Positions 1 to 8,976 of a stretch of DNA of 64,000 nt are shown piece by piece. Source of the DNA: Candidatus Methylomirabilota bacterium. Its GTDB lineage: Bacteria > Methylomirabilota > Methylomirabilia > Rokubacteriales > CSP1-6. Each line of letters begins with the position of its first letter. Position 1 is the first letter of the stretch. Made by a program: the position numbers and the translations under genes. The stretch is from assembly GCA_035457825.1 (NCBI GenBank), contig DATIAY010000122.1, positions 9,147-73,146 of the forward strand. The letters are read 5' to 3'. A model generated the notes under the pieces. It ran no database searches. It was not told where the DNA came from and was given only the letters and a program-made list of their open reading frames with translations.

Positions 1-359
1 AGGTTCGAGAGCGTGGTGGGACCTCCTTGTGCCCAGTGCCGGATGTGATGCCCCTGGCCGAAGCGGATCCCGCAGCCCGGGAAGCAGCAGCCGCGGTCTC
101 GGTGGTGCAGGGCCCGCCGTAACGCAGGAGGGATCGTGCCGGTCCGGGCCGCGACCTCCACGACACGGCCGTCGCGGCCGTGCTGCATCACCACGCGACT
201 GGCGTCGCAGGCCAGGCGCCGGGACGTTTCCGCCCGGTAGCGCTCGGCCGGGGCGCCGGGGTCGATGCCCCGGTGCAGGGCCGTCTCGGCGATCAGGACG
301 AGCGCGTCCGCCTGCTGCTGGGCCACTCGAGCACCCGCACTGCCGGATTCTCGAGATGC
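1..359 (-). pseudogene. HNH endonuclease (DUF222/13E12-repeat type) C-terminal fragment; runs off the window start, usual N-terminal domain absent
   Basis: The minus frame is open from 359 to 1 and reads ..AQQQADALVLIAETALHRG..LRRALHHRDRGCCFPGCGIRFGQGHHIRHWAQGGPTTLSNL, an HNH core (C-x-FPGC ... HH-x-x-HW-x-x-GG-x-T). The frame is closed upstream by TGA at 360-362. Confidence 0.6.
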
Positions 360-409
360 TCAGCGAGCCAGTCGCTCTCGCCGAGATACGCGGGCCGTTT
401 GAATGGCAT
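293..409 (-). pseudogene. 5' remnant of a rhodanese-like sulfurtransferase gene (about 28 meaningful codons)
   Basis: ATG at 409 lies 13 nt after the SDR stop. MPFKRPAYLGESDWLAEHLENPAVRVLE looks like a rhodanese N-terminus. The resemblance ends where the HNH-frame similarity begins, and a stop follows after 38 codons. Confidence 0.35.
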
Positions 410-421
410 GGTTGCCTGATC

Positions 422-1189
422 CTACGCCATGAAACGGCCGCCGTTGATGGAGATGGTCTGGCCCGTGAGATAGCCGGCCTCGGGAGTGGCCAGGAACAGG
501 ATCCAGCCCACCATATCCGACACCTCGGCGATGCGGCCGACGAGCGTGCCCTTGCCGATCATGTCGCGCTGCTCCTTGCTGCGGACAGCGACGACGCGCT
601 CGGTGGCCGTGGTGCCGGGGGCCAGGGCGTTGGCGGTGACGCCGTGCTTGCCCAGCTCGAAGGCCAGCACGCGGGTGAGGGAGTGCACGCCGGCCTTGGC
701 GGCCGAATAGGGCGGCGAGGAGGGCTGCAGCGCGCTGACGCCGGCCATGGAGCCGATGCTGATGATGCGCCCGCTACCCTGGCGCTTGAACGCGGGGATG
801 GCGGCCTGCGCGGCCAAGAAGATGCTCTTGAGGTTGAGGTCGACCACCTTGTCCCATTCCTCTTCCGGCGTTTCCTCGACCGAGAGCTGCTTCCAGAACC
901 CGCCCGCGCTGTTGACCAGGATGTCGAGCCGGCCTGCCTCCGTGATGATCCGCTGGAATGTCGTCTTGACCTGAACGGCGTCCGTCATATCACACGCGAG
1001 AAAGGAAGCCTGGCCCCCACGACTGCGGATGCCTTTGGTTACGGCCTCGCCCTCCTTCTCGTCGATGTCCACCACCCACACCCGCGCTCCGGCCTGCGCG
1101 AAGGCTTCGGCCGAACCCTTGCCGATGCCGCGCGCGCCGCCGGTGATCACCGCCACCTGTCCCGCGAAATCGAACGTGGTCTTTCCCAT
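422..1189 (-). CDS. Short-chain dehydrogenase/reductase (SDR), 255 aa
   Basis: Contains VITGGARGIGKG (Rossmann TGxxxGxG) and YSAAKAG (catalytic Y-x3-K). ATG 1189, internal to track ORF 422..1741, was chosen as the start; AGGAGG lies upstream. Confidence 0.85.
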   Translation of the reverse strand: MGKTTFDFAGQVAVITGGARGIGKGSAEAFAQAGARVWVVDIDEKEGEAVTKGIRSRGGQASFLACDMTDAVQVKTTFQRIITEAGRLDILVNSAGGFWKQLSVEETPEEEWDKVVDLNLKSIFLAAQAAIPAFKRQGSGRIISIGSMAGVSALQPSSPPYSAAKAGVHSLTRVLAFELGKHGVTANALAPGTTATERVVAVRSKEQRDMIGKGTLVGRIAEVSDMVGWILFLATPEAGYLTGQTISINGGRFMA

Positions 1190-1206
1190 GTCGGAAGGCT
1201 CCTCCT

Positions 1207-1692
1207 CTATCGCGTGCGCAGCGAGGTCTCGAGCAGATCCAGCGCCGCCCGTGCGAATGCCCACATGTTGCGCTCGCGATCGCCGTGGCCGGTCTCCAGC
1301 GTGATCGCCTGCTCGCGCGGACCGGTCACGGCGATGCAGGTGTGGCCGGCCGCGTCGCCGTACCGATTGCCGGTCGGCCCACTCGCGCCCGTCTCCGCCA
1401 GGCCCCACGTGGCGCCCAGGAGCTGACGGATGGCCCGAGCCTTCAGGAGCGCGTACGCCTCGGTGCTGGACCGCATCCCGGTCAGCGCCGCATCCGGCAC
1501 CTGCAACAGCGAACGCCGCGCCACCTGGGTGTAAACAACTCCGCCACCCAGGAAATAGGCCGAGGCGCCGGGCACCGCGAGGAGCGCCGCCGAGATCAGG
1601 CCTCCCGTCGAGGATTCCGCGACACCGATCGTCTCCTTCCGCTCCTTGAGCAACGTGCCGAGGGCTTCCGCCATGGTCGCCAGTTCGGTCAT
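1207..1692 (-). CDS. CinA C-terminal domain / PncC-type nicotinamide-nucleotide amidohydrolase family protein
   Basis: 161 aa. TIGVAESSTGGLISAALLAVPGASAYFLGGGVVY is typical of the CinA/PncC domain. Confidence 0.75.
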   Translation of the reverse strand: MTELATMAEALGTLLKERKETIGVAESSTGGLISAALLAVPGASAYFLGGGVVYTQVARRSLLQVPDAALTGMRSSTEAYALLKARAIRQLLGATWGLAETGASGPTGNRYGDAAGHTCIAVTGPREQAITLETGHGDRERNMWAFARAALDLLETSLRTR

Positions 1693-1759
1693 GGGTTGTC
1701 TCCTTGGGCCAGCTATAATCGCACACGGGCCCGAGGGTCATCGGCCCTGGAGGTGATGT

Positions 1760-2740
1760 GTGAAGATCACCGGCCCACTCCTTGCGCTCCTGATACTACT
1801 GCCGTCCGGGGCGCCACCCGTCCCGGCGTCGAGCATGTCCGTTACCTTCACCCCCGCCCAGGTTCCCGGGGGCAGCACCGCGACGGGGCGACTGGCGATC
1901 GCCGAAGAGGCGCCCGACGGTGGGCTGGCGGTGTCGCTCTCGAGCAACACGGCCGCCGCGGTCGTGCCGCAGCGGGTCGTGATCCCGGCCGGGAGCACGG
2001 AAGCTACGTTCCCCGTGAAGGCGGCCTGGATCGCGGCTCCCACACGGGTTCAGATCGTGGCCACCGCGGTGGGTCGGATCTATCTCTCGGGGATGGGTAC
2101 GCTGACCCTGCTGCCCTCGGGCGTGACCTCCGTGATCTTCGATCCGACGAGCGTGGTTGGCGGCGCGCCCGCCGTCGGCACCGTCATACTGAGCGCGCCG
2201 GCTCCCCCAGGCGGGATCGTGGCTCAGCTCGCGGTGGTGGACCCGCCGTCGCCGTCCTCGCCCTGCTCGCCGCCCCCCAAGGTGCCAGCGACGGTCCGGG
2301 TCGCCGGCGGCGCCCACCGGGCGACCTTCCCGATCACGACCTCGCCGAGCTGGGAGGAGACCTTCGACATTCGTGCGTCCTTCTCCGAGATGGGCGCGTC
2401 CGGTTCTCTCCGCGTGACGAAACCGTGGCTGAAGGAGCTGAAGGTGCCTCCGCGGGTGCAGGGAGGCACGACAGTGCAGGTGGTGGTCCAGCTGGCGGGC
2501 CCGTCGCTTCCTCCCAATTGCGGCATCAAGTACCGCCTGGCCAGCAGCGACCCGAAGGTAGCCCAGGTCCCTTCGGACCTCGTGTTCCCGGCCGGGGCGA
2601 CCGAGGTGGCGTTCGAGATGAAGACGGCCAAGGTGCCGACGCCCTACGGGGTGAGCCTCACCGTGACCGCCTTCTATTTCCTCACCGCGGATGCCTATGC
2701 CGAAAGTAAAGAGACGCGGATCGCCCTGACCCCCTGGTGA
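1760..2740 (+). CDS. Secreted hypothetical protein with three ~100-aa internal repeats (Ig-like?)
   Basis: GTG start with GGAGG 7 nt upstream and a signal-like N-terminus (LLALLILLPSGAPP). Three repeats share V-x-F-x-P..V.GG....G.v.l..P.GG..v.L.S......VP..v..PAG...atF. Confidence 0.6.
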   Translation: MKITGPLLALLILLPSGAPPVPASSMSVTFTPAQVPGGSTATGRLAIAEEAPDGGLAVSLSSNTAAAVVPQRVVIPAGSTEATFPVKAAWIAAPTRVQIVATAVGRIYLSGMGTLTLLPSGVTSVIFDPTSVVGGAPAVGTVILSAPAPPGGIVAQLAVVDPPSPSSPCSPPPKVPATVRVAGGAHRATFPITTSPSWEETFDIRASFSEMGASGSLRVTKPWLKELKVPPRVQGGTTVQVVVQLAGPSLPPNCGIKYRLASSDPKVAQVPSDLVFPAGATEVAFEMKTAKVPTPYGVSLTVTAFYFLTADAYAESKETRIALTPW

Positions 2741-2772
2741 CGCTGGTACCCCGGCTCCGTCCGAAGTGGAAA

Positions 2773-3639
2773 TCAGAAGTGGAAGTGGAGGCCGAGGCCC
2801 AGGTAGTCCACCGTGTTCCGGTAGAACTGGCCGTTGGGCGAGTGTCCGGCGAAGTACTCGATCAGGACCTGGAGGGTGCGTGGGGCCAGGACGCCTGAGA
2901 ACTCCACACCGGCGCGTACCGAGATGTCGGTAGCCCACCGATTCTCCTCGCGGTTCTGCACATCCACGGCGGCGACCGGGCGCCAGCCGGCCTGCGGCCC
3001 TGGCCAGGGGCTCCGCACCTCGATGCCGGCCTGGGTGGACCAGGGATCGAGGTCATCGGGCGTACGGTTGAACAGGTAGCCGGCCCCGGCGTACAGCCGC
3101 AGCGCCTCGTTCAGGAACTCGTAGGAGAGCCTCATGTCCACGCCCTCGTAGGAGAGATTGACGCGCTCGAGATTCGTCTGGCGGAGCAGGAACTCGTCGC
3201 CGAGATGGCTCGACTGGTGGAACAGCCGGGCCAGGGCCGAGAATCCCCGATAGCGGTACGCCACCGTCGCGGCCACGAAGTAATCGCTGTTGATGAGGTC
3301 GAAGGACGGCGTATCGAGATCGAACACCGCGAAAACGCCGGCCTGCAAACCGAGCTCCCACCAGCTCTGGCCGACCCGGTCCCGGTAGATTGCGAAGGTC
3401 TCGCCGAAGGAGACGGCGGCGATGTTCTTGAAGTCGGGATCGTCCAGGTAGTAGTGGTAGGCGGCAGAGAAATGGGGCCAGCGCGGATCGGCGATCAGCG
3501 CGGTGAAGAGCTCGCCCCGCGGCATGAACCCCAGCTCCAGCTCGCGCGGTGTGGGGGGCGTGCCGGGCGGCTCACGGAGCTCTTCCAGCATCGGGTCCGC
3601 CGCGGTGGCGACGGCTGGGCCCACCGCGAGGGCCAGCAC
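2773..3639 (-). CDS. DUF1207-like outer-membrane beta-barrel protein
   Basis: Contains LFTALIADPRWPHFSAAYHYY and a C-terminal ..GLGLHFHF aromatic terminus. The GTG start is uncertain: the hydrophobic signal-like residues continue upstream without an ATG. Confidence 0.55.
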   Translation of the reverse strand: MLALAVGPAVATAADPMLEELREPPGTPPTPRELELGFMPRGELFTALIADPRWPHFSAAYHYYLDDPDFKNIAAVSFGETFAIYRDRVGQSWWELGLQAGVFAVFDLDTPSFDLINSDYFVAATVAYRYRGFSALARLFHQSSHLGDEFLLRQTNLERVNLSYEGVDMRLSYEFLNEALRLYAGAGYLFNRTPDDLDPWSTQAGIEVRSPWPGPQAGWRPVAAVDVQNREENRWATDISVRAGVEFSGVLAPRTLQVLIEYFAGHSPNGQFYRNTVDYLGLGLHFHF

Positions 3640-3659
3640 CAGGACGAGCAGGGTGTGTA

Positions 3660-5270
3660 TCAGCGTCGCTTCCCTTCTCTCAGATCGAGCGCGCCGGGCC
3701 GTTGCCGCGGGTCCTCATTCTTGGGAAAGATCTGCGTCTTCTGGACCTTTTGCGTCCCTGTCGTGGGCAGCCGGTCCACGAAGAGCACCCAGCCTGGCGC
3801 CTTGAAGTACGCGAGGCGTCCGAGACACCACCTCTGGAGTTGTTCGCCCAGCTCGCGGCCGGGCGCGACGCCGGCCATGGGGACGACGCAGGCCATCACC
3901 TCTTCCTCGCGGACGTCGTCCGGCACGGCCAGCACCGCCACCTGGGCCACCGCCTCGTGGGCCTGCAGGCACGCCTCGACTTCGGCGGCGGCGATGTTCT
4001 CCCCCGAGCGCCGGATGATGTTCTTCTTGCGGTCGACGAAGAAGAGCATGCCGTCGGCCGCCTGCCTGACGACGTCTCCGGTGTGAAACCAGCCGCCGTG
4101 CCACGCCTCCTCGGTGGCGTCGGTGTTCTTGAGATAGCCGGCAAAGAACCCATGCCGGGGCCCCGCGGGCCCGCCCCACCGCACGAGCAGCTCGCCCGGG
4201 GCCCCGCGCTCCACCTCCTCATTCCCCTCATCCACGACCCTGGCCTCAAGCCCGCCGAACGGCCGGCCGAAGGCGCGGGTGGTGACCTGGCGCGGCTCCG
4301 CGCAGTCGGCGTAGATGCGGCCGGTCTCGGTCATGCCCCAGACCTCGATCAGGGGGAAGCCGAAGCGCTGCTCGAATCGGGGGTGCAGCTCCGGCTCCAC
4401 GCCGGCACCGATGCCGAACTTCACGCGGTGGGCGCGCTCCTCCGGTGCCGGGGGCTGGTTCAGCAGGAGCGGGGGCATGACGCCCAGGTAATGGATGATC
4501 GTGGCCTCGGCGTTGACGACGTCCTTCCACCAGCGGCTGGGGCTGAAGCGCTCGGACTGGGCCAGGCAGTTGGCGGTGAGGATCGCGCAGGTGGCGGTCA
4601 CCGCCTGGGCGTTCATGTGGAAGAGCGGCAGCGGATTCAGGATGCGCTCCCGGCCGTATTCCAGCCGGAAGATGCCGCCCAGATCGCGGTACCAGGCGCC
4701 GGCGGTCAGGTAGTAGAGGTTCGTGAGGACGCAGCCCTTGGGCCGCCCGGTCGTGCCCGAGGTGTAGAGCAAGCTCGTCTCCGAGTCGAGCCCGGGCCCA
4801 CCCGGGCGTGGCGCCGGTCCCGGTTTGGGAAGCGCGGACGGCATCTCTTCGGCGTTCACGACGGGCAGGGGTTTGGGGCGCGCGCGGGCGACGGCTTGCA
4901 GATCATCTACCCGGCCCGGCAGCACGACGGCCAGCTCCGCCTCGGAGTGCTCCATCTGGTAGAGCATCTCGTCGTGGCGGTAGTCGGGGTTGATGGGCAC
5001 GATCGACACGCCCAGCCCGTTGAGCGCCAGGTAGTGGAAGAAGAACTCGGGCCGATTATCGAGAAGCAGGGCGACCCGGTGGCCGTGGCCGTACCCGGCG
5101 CTGGCGTACGCGTCACGCAGCGCGAGGACGGCCTGCCGCGTCTGGCCAAAGGTGAGCTCGACGCCGCCGGGATGGTAAGCCCGCCCCGGCGCCGGCGGCG
5201 CGCACAGGAACACGTTACCCGGCGCCGTCTGGGCGGTCTCCGCGAACGCCTCGAACACGGTCCGGGCCAT
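3660..5270 (-). CDS. AMP-dependent acyl-CoA synthetase/ligase, 536 aa
   Basis: Carries the AMP-binding motif LLYTSGTTGRPKG, plus ..GWFHTGD.. and a C-terminal ..TGTQKVQK. ATG 5270 was chosen inside track ORF 3660..5369. Confidence 0.85.
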   Translation of the reverse strand: MARTVFEAFAETAQTAPGNVFLCAPPAPGRAYHPGGVELTFGQTRQAVLALRDAYASAGYGHGHRVALLLDNRPEFFFHYLALNGLGVSIVPINPDYRHDEMLYQMEHSEAELAVVLPGRVDDLQAVARARPKPLPVVNAEEMPSALPKPGPAPRPGGPGLDSETSLLYTSGTTGRPKGCVLTNLYYLTAGAWYRDLGGIFRLEYGRERILNPLPLFHMNAQAVTATCAILTANCLAQSERFSPSRWWKDVVNAEATIIHYLGVMPPLLLNQPPAPEERAHRVKFGIGAGVEPELHPRFEQRFGFPLIEVWGMTETGRIYADCAEPRQVTTRAFGRPFGGLEARVVDEGNEEVERGAPGELLVRWGGPAGPRHGFFAGYLKNTDATEEAWHGGWFHTGDVVRQAADGMLFFVDRKKNIIRRSGENIAAAEVEACLQAHEAVAQVAVLAVPDDVREEEVMACVVPMAGVAPGRELGEQLQRWCLGRLAYFKAPGWVLFVDRLPTTGTQKVQKTQIFPKNEDPRQRPGALDLREGKRR

Positions 5271-5369
5271 GTCAGGGATTACACCACGAGACGTTCGTGG
5301 CCAGAGGTCGCCCGGCGACGCCTGAGGCGCTTGACGTCGAAGCCGTGTTCGTGGTCTGATCGACCGCAC

Positions 5370-5391
5370 TGGATTCTGGATCCAGAATCCA
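5370..5391. promoter_or_regulatory. Perfect 22-bp palindrome, candidate GntR operator in a divergent promoter region
   Basis: TGGATTCTGGA|TCCAGAATCCA lies between the divergent acyl-CoA ligase (start 5270) and GntR (start 5403) genes, 12 nt before the GntR ATG. Confidence 0.6.
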
Positions 5392-5402
5392 CCGAGGTGA
5401 TC

Positions 5403-6101
5403 ATGGACCGCACCCAGGTCGTCGAGCCCCTCAAGCGCCAGCGCCTCGTGGACGAGGCGACGAAGGCCCTGCGAGAGGCTATTCTGAGCGGGCGATTCCC
5501 TGAGGGCACGCGACTGCGTCAGACGGATCTCGCGGACCGGCTGCGGATCAGCCGCACGCCGATCCGCCAGGCGCTGGTACGGCTACAGCACGAGGGGCTC
5601 GTCCAGCTCCTGCCCGCGAGCGGCGTGCGGGTGACGGTGCTCGACCTGCACGAGGGCGCCGAGCTCTATGACTTGCGGGAGGTCCTGGATGGGTTGGCCG
5701 CCCGCCTGGCGGCTACCCGCGCGACGGCAGCCGCTCTGGCCCGGATCGAGCGGGCGCTGGCCCGGATGCGCCAGTGCCTCGAGCGGAACGATGCGAATCG
5801 GTGGTTCGCAGCCCACGTGGCGTTCCACGACGAGATCTTTCAGGCCGGCGGCAACGCGCGACTGCAATCGCTCTCGGCCGTGGTGAGGCTGAGCATCCAG
5901 CGGTTTCACCCGCTCTTGCTCACGACGCCACATCGGTTAGAGGACGCGTATCGCGAGCACCAGGGCATCGGGGAGGCCATCGCGGCCCACGACGCGGCGG
6001 GCGCGGAGCGGCTGGCCCGCCTGCACATCACCAACGCCAGGGCCATCGTGCTGGCCACCATGGCCGGCCAGAAAGCCTCCGATGGCGCTGTTCAAGGCTG
6101 A
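5403..6101 (+). CDS. GntR/FadR-family transcriptional regulator, 232 aa
   Basis: N-terminal winged HTH (LRQTDLADRLRISRTPIRQALVRLQHEGLV) and a C-terminal FCD-like all-helical domain. Only the last 232 codons of track ORF 3549..6101 are credible. Confidence 0.85.
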   Translation: MDRTQVVEPLKRQRLVDEATKALREAILSGRFPEGTRLRQTDLADRLRISRTPIRQALVRLQHEGLVQLLPASGVRVTVLDLHEGAELYDLREVLDGLAARLAATRATAAALARIERALARMRQCLERNDANRWFAAHVAFHDEIFQAGGNARLQSLSAVVRLSIQRFHPLLLTTPHRLEDAYREHQGIGEAIAAHDAAGAERLARLHITNARAIVLATMAGQKASDGAVQG

Positions 6102-6363
6102 GAAGAAGGCCCCCAAGGGGCCAGCGGGACGGTGGGACGTCCTGGTCGCCGAGGACATGTGCAAGGCCTGCGGCTTCTGTCTTCAAGTGTGCCCCGTCGA
6201 TGTCTTCGCCTGGCGGTCGACCGCGAACAAGCTCGGCTGGCTCCCCATGATCGTGGCTCACGAAGAGAATTGCGTGGGGTGCATGCTCTGCTATCAGATC
6301 TGTCCCGACTTCTGCATCGCCGTCACCGTCAAGGCCGGCCTGGAGGAGGGCGCCGCCCGATGA
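6082..6363 (+). CDS. 2x[4Fe-4S] ferredoxin, delta subunit of 2-oxoacid:ferredoxin oxidoreductase
   Basis: Two CxxCxxCxxxCP motifs (CKACGFCLQVCP, CVGCMLCYQICP). The stop overlaps the next start (ATGA). Confidence 0.8.
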   Translation: MALFKAEKKAPKGPAGRWDVLVAEDMCKACGFCLQVCPVDVFAWRSTANKLGWLPMIVAHEENCVGCMLCYQICPDFCIAVTVKAGLEEGAAR

Positions 6364-7586
6364 GCGAACCAGCGGCCCGGCTGATCGCTCCCTGGACCGA
6401 GTGGGAGCGTCGTCACACCAAGGGACGCCGACTGCTGGAGGCGGGCACCTTCGCGCTCACGGAAGGCGCCATCGCCGCGGGCTGCCGCGTCTTTGCCGGC
6501 TATCCGATCACCCCGGCCACCGACATCGCCGAGTACATGTCCAAGCGGCTCCCCCAGGTGGGCGGCTACTACATGCAGGCCGAAGACGAGCTGGCCGGTA
6601 TGCACATGTGCGCGGGGGCCAGCCTGGGCGGGCTCAAAGCCATGACCGCAACCTCGGGACCCGGCTACACGCTCATGCACGACGCCTACGGCTGGGCCAT
6701 CACCAACGAGATTCCGCTGGTGGTCGTGGACGCCATGCGAGTGGGGCCGATCAGCGGCATCACCGGCGCGCCCGGGCAGGGCGAGTTCTACATCGCCCGT
6801 TACGCCTCGCACGGGGGCAACTTCGAGACCATCGTGCTCTCCCCGTCGTCCGTGCAGGAGGCGTTCTGGCTGACCATCGACGCCTTCAACTTGGCCGAGC
6901 GCTTCGGCACGCCGGTGACGATCCTCACCGACCAGGTGGTCTCCGACATGTGGGAGGATCTGTTCATCCCCGACGACTACACCGAGCTCGACTTCGTGGT
7001 GCCCCGCAAGGCGAATCTCACGATGCCCTTCTTTCCGGTCGGTAGCGATGCCATCGACGTGCCGCCCAACATCATCGGCCGCGGCACTGGGGTCTGCGTG
7101 TCCGCCTACACCCATACGGAGGAAGGCTACGACATCGAGGAGATGGAGGCCCAGTGGGCCCAGACGCACCGCCTGATCAACAAGATCCGCCACCACCGCA
7201 GCGAGCTCACGCGCTACGAGACCGTGGGGACCGACGATGCCGACGTGGTGGCGGTGGCCTACGGGGCCGACGCCCGCACCGTGAAGACGGCGGTACTGGA
7301 GGCGCGGGCCCGCGGGCTCCGGGCTGGCTTCGTGCGCCCGATCACGCTGTGGCCGTTCCTCGACGAGCTCTTCGCCGCCGACCGTCATTACGTGGTCTGC
7401 GAGCTCAACTACGACGGCCAGCTCGTCCGCGAGGTCATGCGGGCGGCGCCGGATTCGCGCAAGGTGCACTTCATGGGCAAGAGCGCCGAGCTCCACACGG
7501 TGAGCGAGGTGGTGGCGGCCCTGGAGGGTGTCGCCCAGACCGGGCGCATCCCCGAGCTTCCCTACATCTGGACGGAGGTCCGCTGA
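6360..7586 (+). CDS. 2-oxoacid:ferredoxin oxidoreductase alpha subunit
   Basis: Contains FAGYPITPATDIAEYM..MQAEDELAGMHMCAGASLGGLKAMTATSGPGY. The start is internal to track ORF 6132..7586. Confidence 0.85.
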   Translation: MSEPAARLIAPWTEWERRHTKGRRLLEAGTFALTEGAIAAGCRVFAGYPITPATDIAEYMSKRLPQVGGYYMQAEDELAGMHMCAGASLGGLKAMTATSGPGYTLMHDAYGWAITNEIPLVVVDAMRVGPISGITGAPGQGEFYIARYASHGGNFETIVLSPSSVQEAFWLTIDAFNLAERFGTPVTILTDQVVSDMWEDLFIPDDYTELDFVVPRKANLTMPFFPVGSDAIDVPPNIIGRGTGVCVSAYTHTEEGYDIEEMEAQWAQTHRLINKIRHHRSELTRYETVGTDDADVVAVAYGADARTVKTAVLEARARGLRAGFVRPITLWPFLDELFAADRHYVVCELNYDGQLVREVMRAAPDSRKVHFMGKSAELHTVSEVVAALEGVAQTGRIPELPYIWTEVR

Positions 7587-8428
7587 TGAATCCCCTGGCC
7601 AAGAAATACCTGAGACCGAGCCAGATCCCCACCAAGGCCTGCCACGGTTGCGGGATCGGCATGATCGAGAACTGGCTCCTGCAGGCCATCGACGAGCTGG
7701 GGCTCAAGCAGGAGGACGTCGTCTTCGGCACCGGCATCGGCTGCGTGGGCCGGCAGACGTTCGCCACCTGGGGCGGCGACAACTTCGGCGCCACCCACGG
7801 GCGAGCCCTGGCTGTGGCTACCGGTGTCAAGCTCGCGCAACCCGAGCGCCGAATCCTGGTGGTGGTGGGCGACGGCGACGCCGCGTCGATTGGCACCTCG
7901 CATCTCATCCACGCGGCTCGCCGCAACCTCGGCGTGACCGTGATCTGCGAGGACAACATGGGCTACGAGTCCACCGGCGGGCAGTTCTCCCCGACCACGC
8001 CGGCAGGATACGTCACCAACTCCAGCCCCTACGGGATGGTCGAGCCCTCCTTCGATCCCTGCGACGTGGTGAAGGCGGCCGGGGCTACCTTCGTGGCCGA
8101 GACCACCGCCACCCAGTGGCACCAGACCGTCAAGGTGGTCAAGAAGGCGCTGCAGAACGAGGGATTCTCCTTCGTCCACGTGCGCTTTCCGTGCAACGAG
8201 AACTTCGGCGCCTACGCCCTGGGCACCCGGGACACGCTCAAGAACCTCGAGTGGATCTACGAGCACACCCAGGGACGCAAGGCCGACGGCAGCGCCACGG
8301 ATTTCACGTGGGAGACCGGCATCAAGCACGATGCTTCCAACAGCCGGCCGGAGTTCACCCGGCTGCTACGCGACATGAACGCTCGGGTCCAGGCTGACCT
8401 CGCCAAGAAGACGGCGGCCAAGGCCTGA
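7586..8428 (+). CDS. 2-oxoacid:ferredoxin oxidoreductase beta (TPP-binding) subunit
   Basis: Contains CHGCGIG.., GIGCVGR and the GDGDAASIG TPP motif. TGATG overlap with the alpha subunit. Confidence 0.85.
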   Translation: MNPLAKKYLRPSQIPTKACHGCGIGMIENWLLQAIDELGLKQEDVVFGTGIGCVGRQTFATWGGDNFGATHGRALAVATGVKLAQPERRILVVVGDGDAASIGTSHLIHAARRNLGVTVICEDNMGYESTGGQFSPTTPAGYVTNSSPYGMVEPSFDPCDVVKAAGATFVAETTATQWHQTVKVVKKALQNEGFSFVHVRFPCNENFGAYALGTRDTLKNLEWIYEHTQGRKADGSATDFTWETGIKHDASNSRPEFTRLLRDMNARVQADLAKKTAAKA

Positions 8429-8976
8429 TGGCCGCCCGCGGCCGGACCCGCACCGAGATCCTCATCTCCGGCTTCGGCGGCCAGGGCGTGATCCGCATGG
8501 GCCAGATCATCGGGCTGTGCGCGATCAAGCAGGGCCACCGGGTGACGATGCTCAAGAGCCACGGCACCGAGACCCGGGGCGGCTACGTGCGGGCCCAGCT
8601 CGTGATCGCCCCGCAGTACGTCGACAGCCCCGTGGTGGAGAATGCCGACGTATTCGTGGCCTTCTCGGCGCCGGCCTACCGGAAGTTCTACGATCTGTGC
8701 CGTGGCAAGATCCTCTATGACCCCGAGATGGTGAGCGAGGTCCGGACCGAAGCGCCCGAGCGCCACGTGGCCGTGCCGGCCACCCAGCTCTCCAAGGAGC
8801 GATTCGGCAAAGAGCTCTTTGCCAACATGATCATGCTCGGGGCGCTCACGCGGCTGAGCGGTATGGATTACGCGGCGATGAAGCAGGCCATGCTGGAGAT
8901 CATTCCGCGCTTCCACGAGCAGAACCTGGCCGCGCTCGAGGCCGGCCACACGCTTGCCACCCTCGCCCCCGCCTGA
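8428..8976 (+). CDS. 2-oxoacid:ferredoxin oxidoreductase gamma subunit
   Basis: ILISGFGGQGVIRMGQIIG..SHGTETRGG is typical of the gamma subunit. 1-nt overlap with the beta subunit. Confidence 0.85.
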   Translation: MAARGRTRTEILISGFGGQGVIRMGQIIGLCAIKQGHRVTMLKSHGTETRGGYVRAQLVIAPQYVDSPVVENADVFVAFSAPAYRKFYDLCRGKILYDPEMVSEVRTEAPERHVAVPATQLSKERFGKELFANMIMLGALTRLSGMDYAAMKQAMLEIIPRFHEQNLAALEAGHTLATLAPA

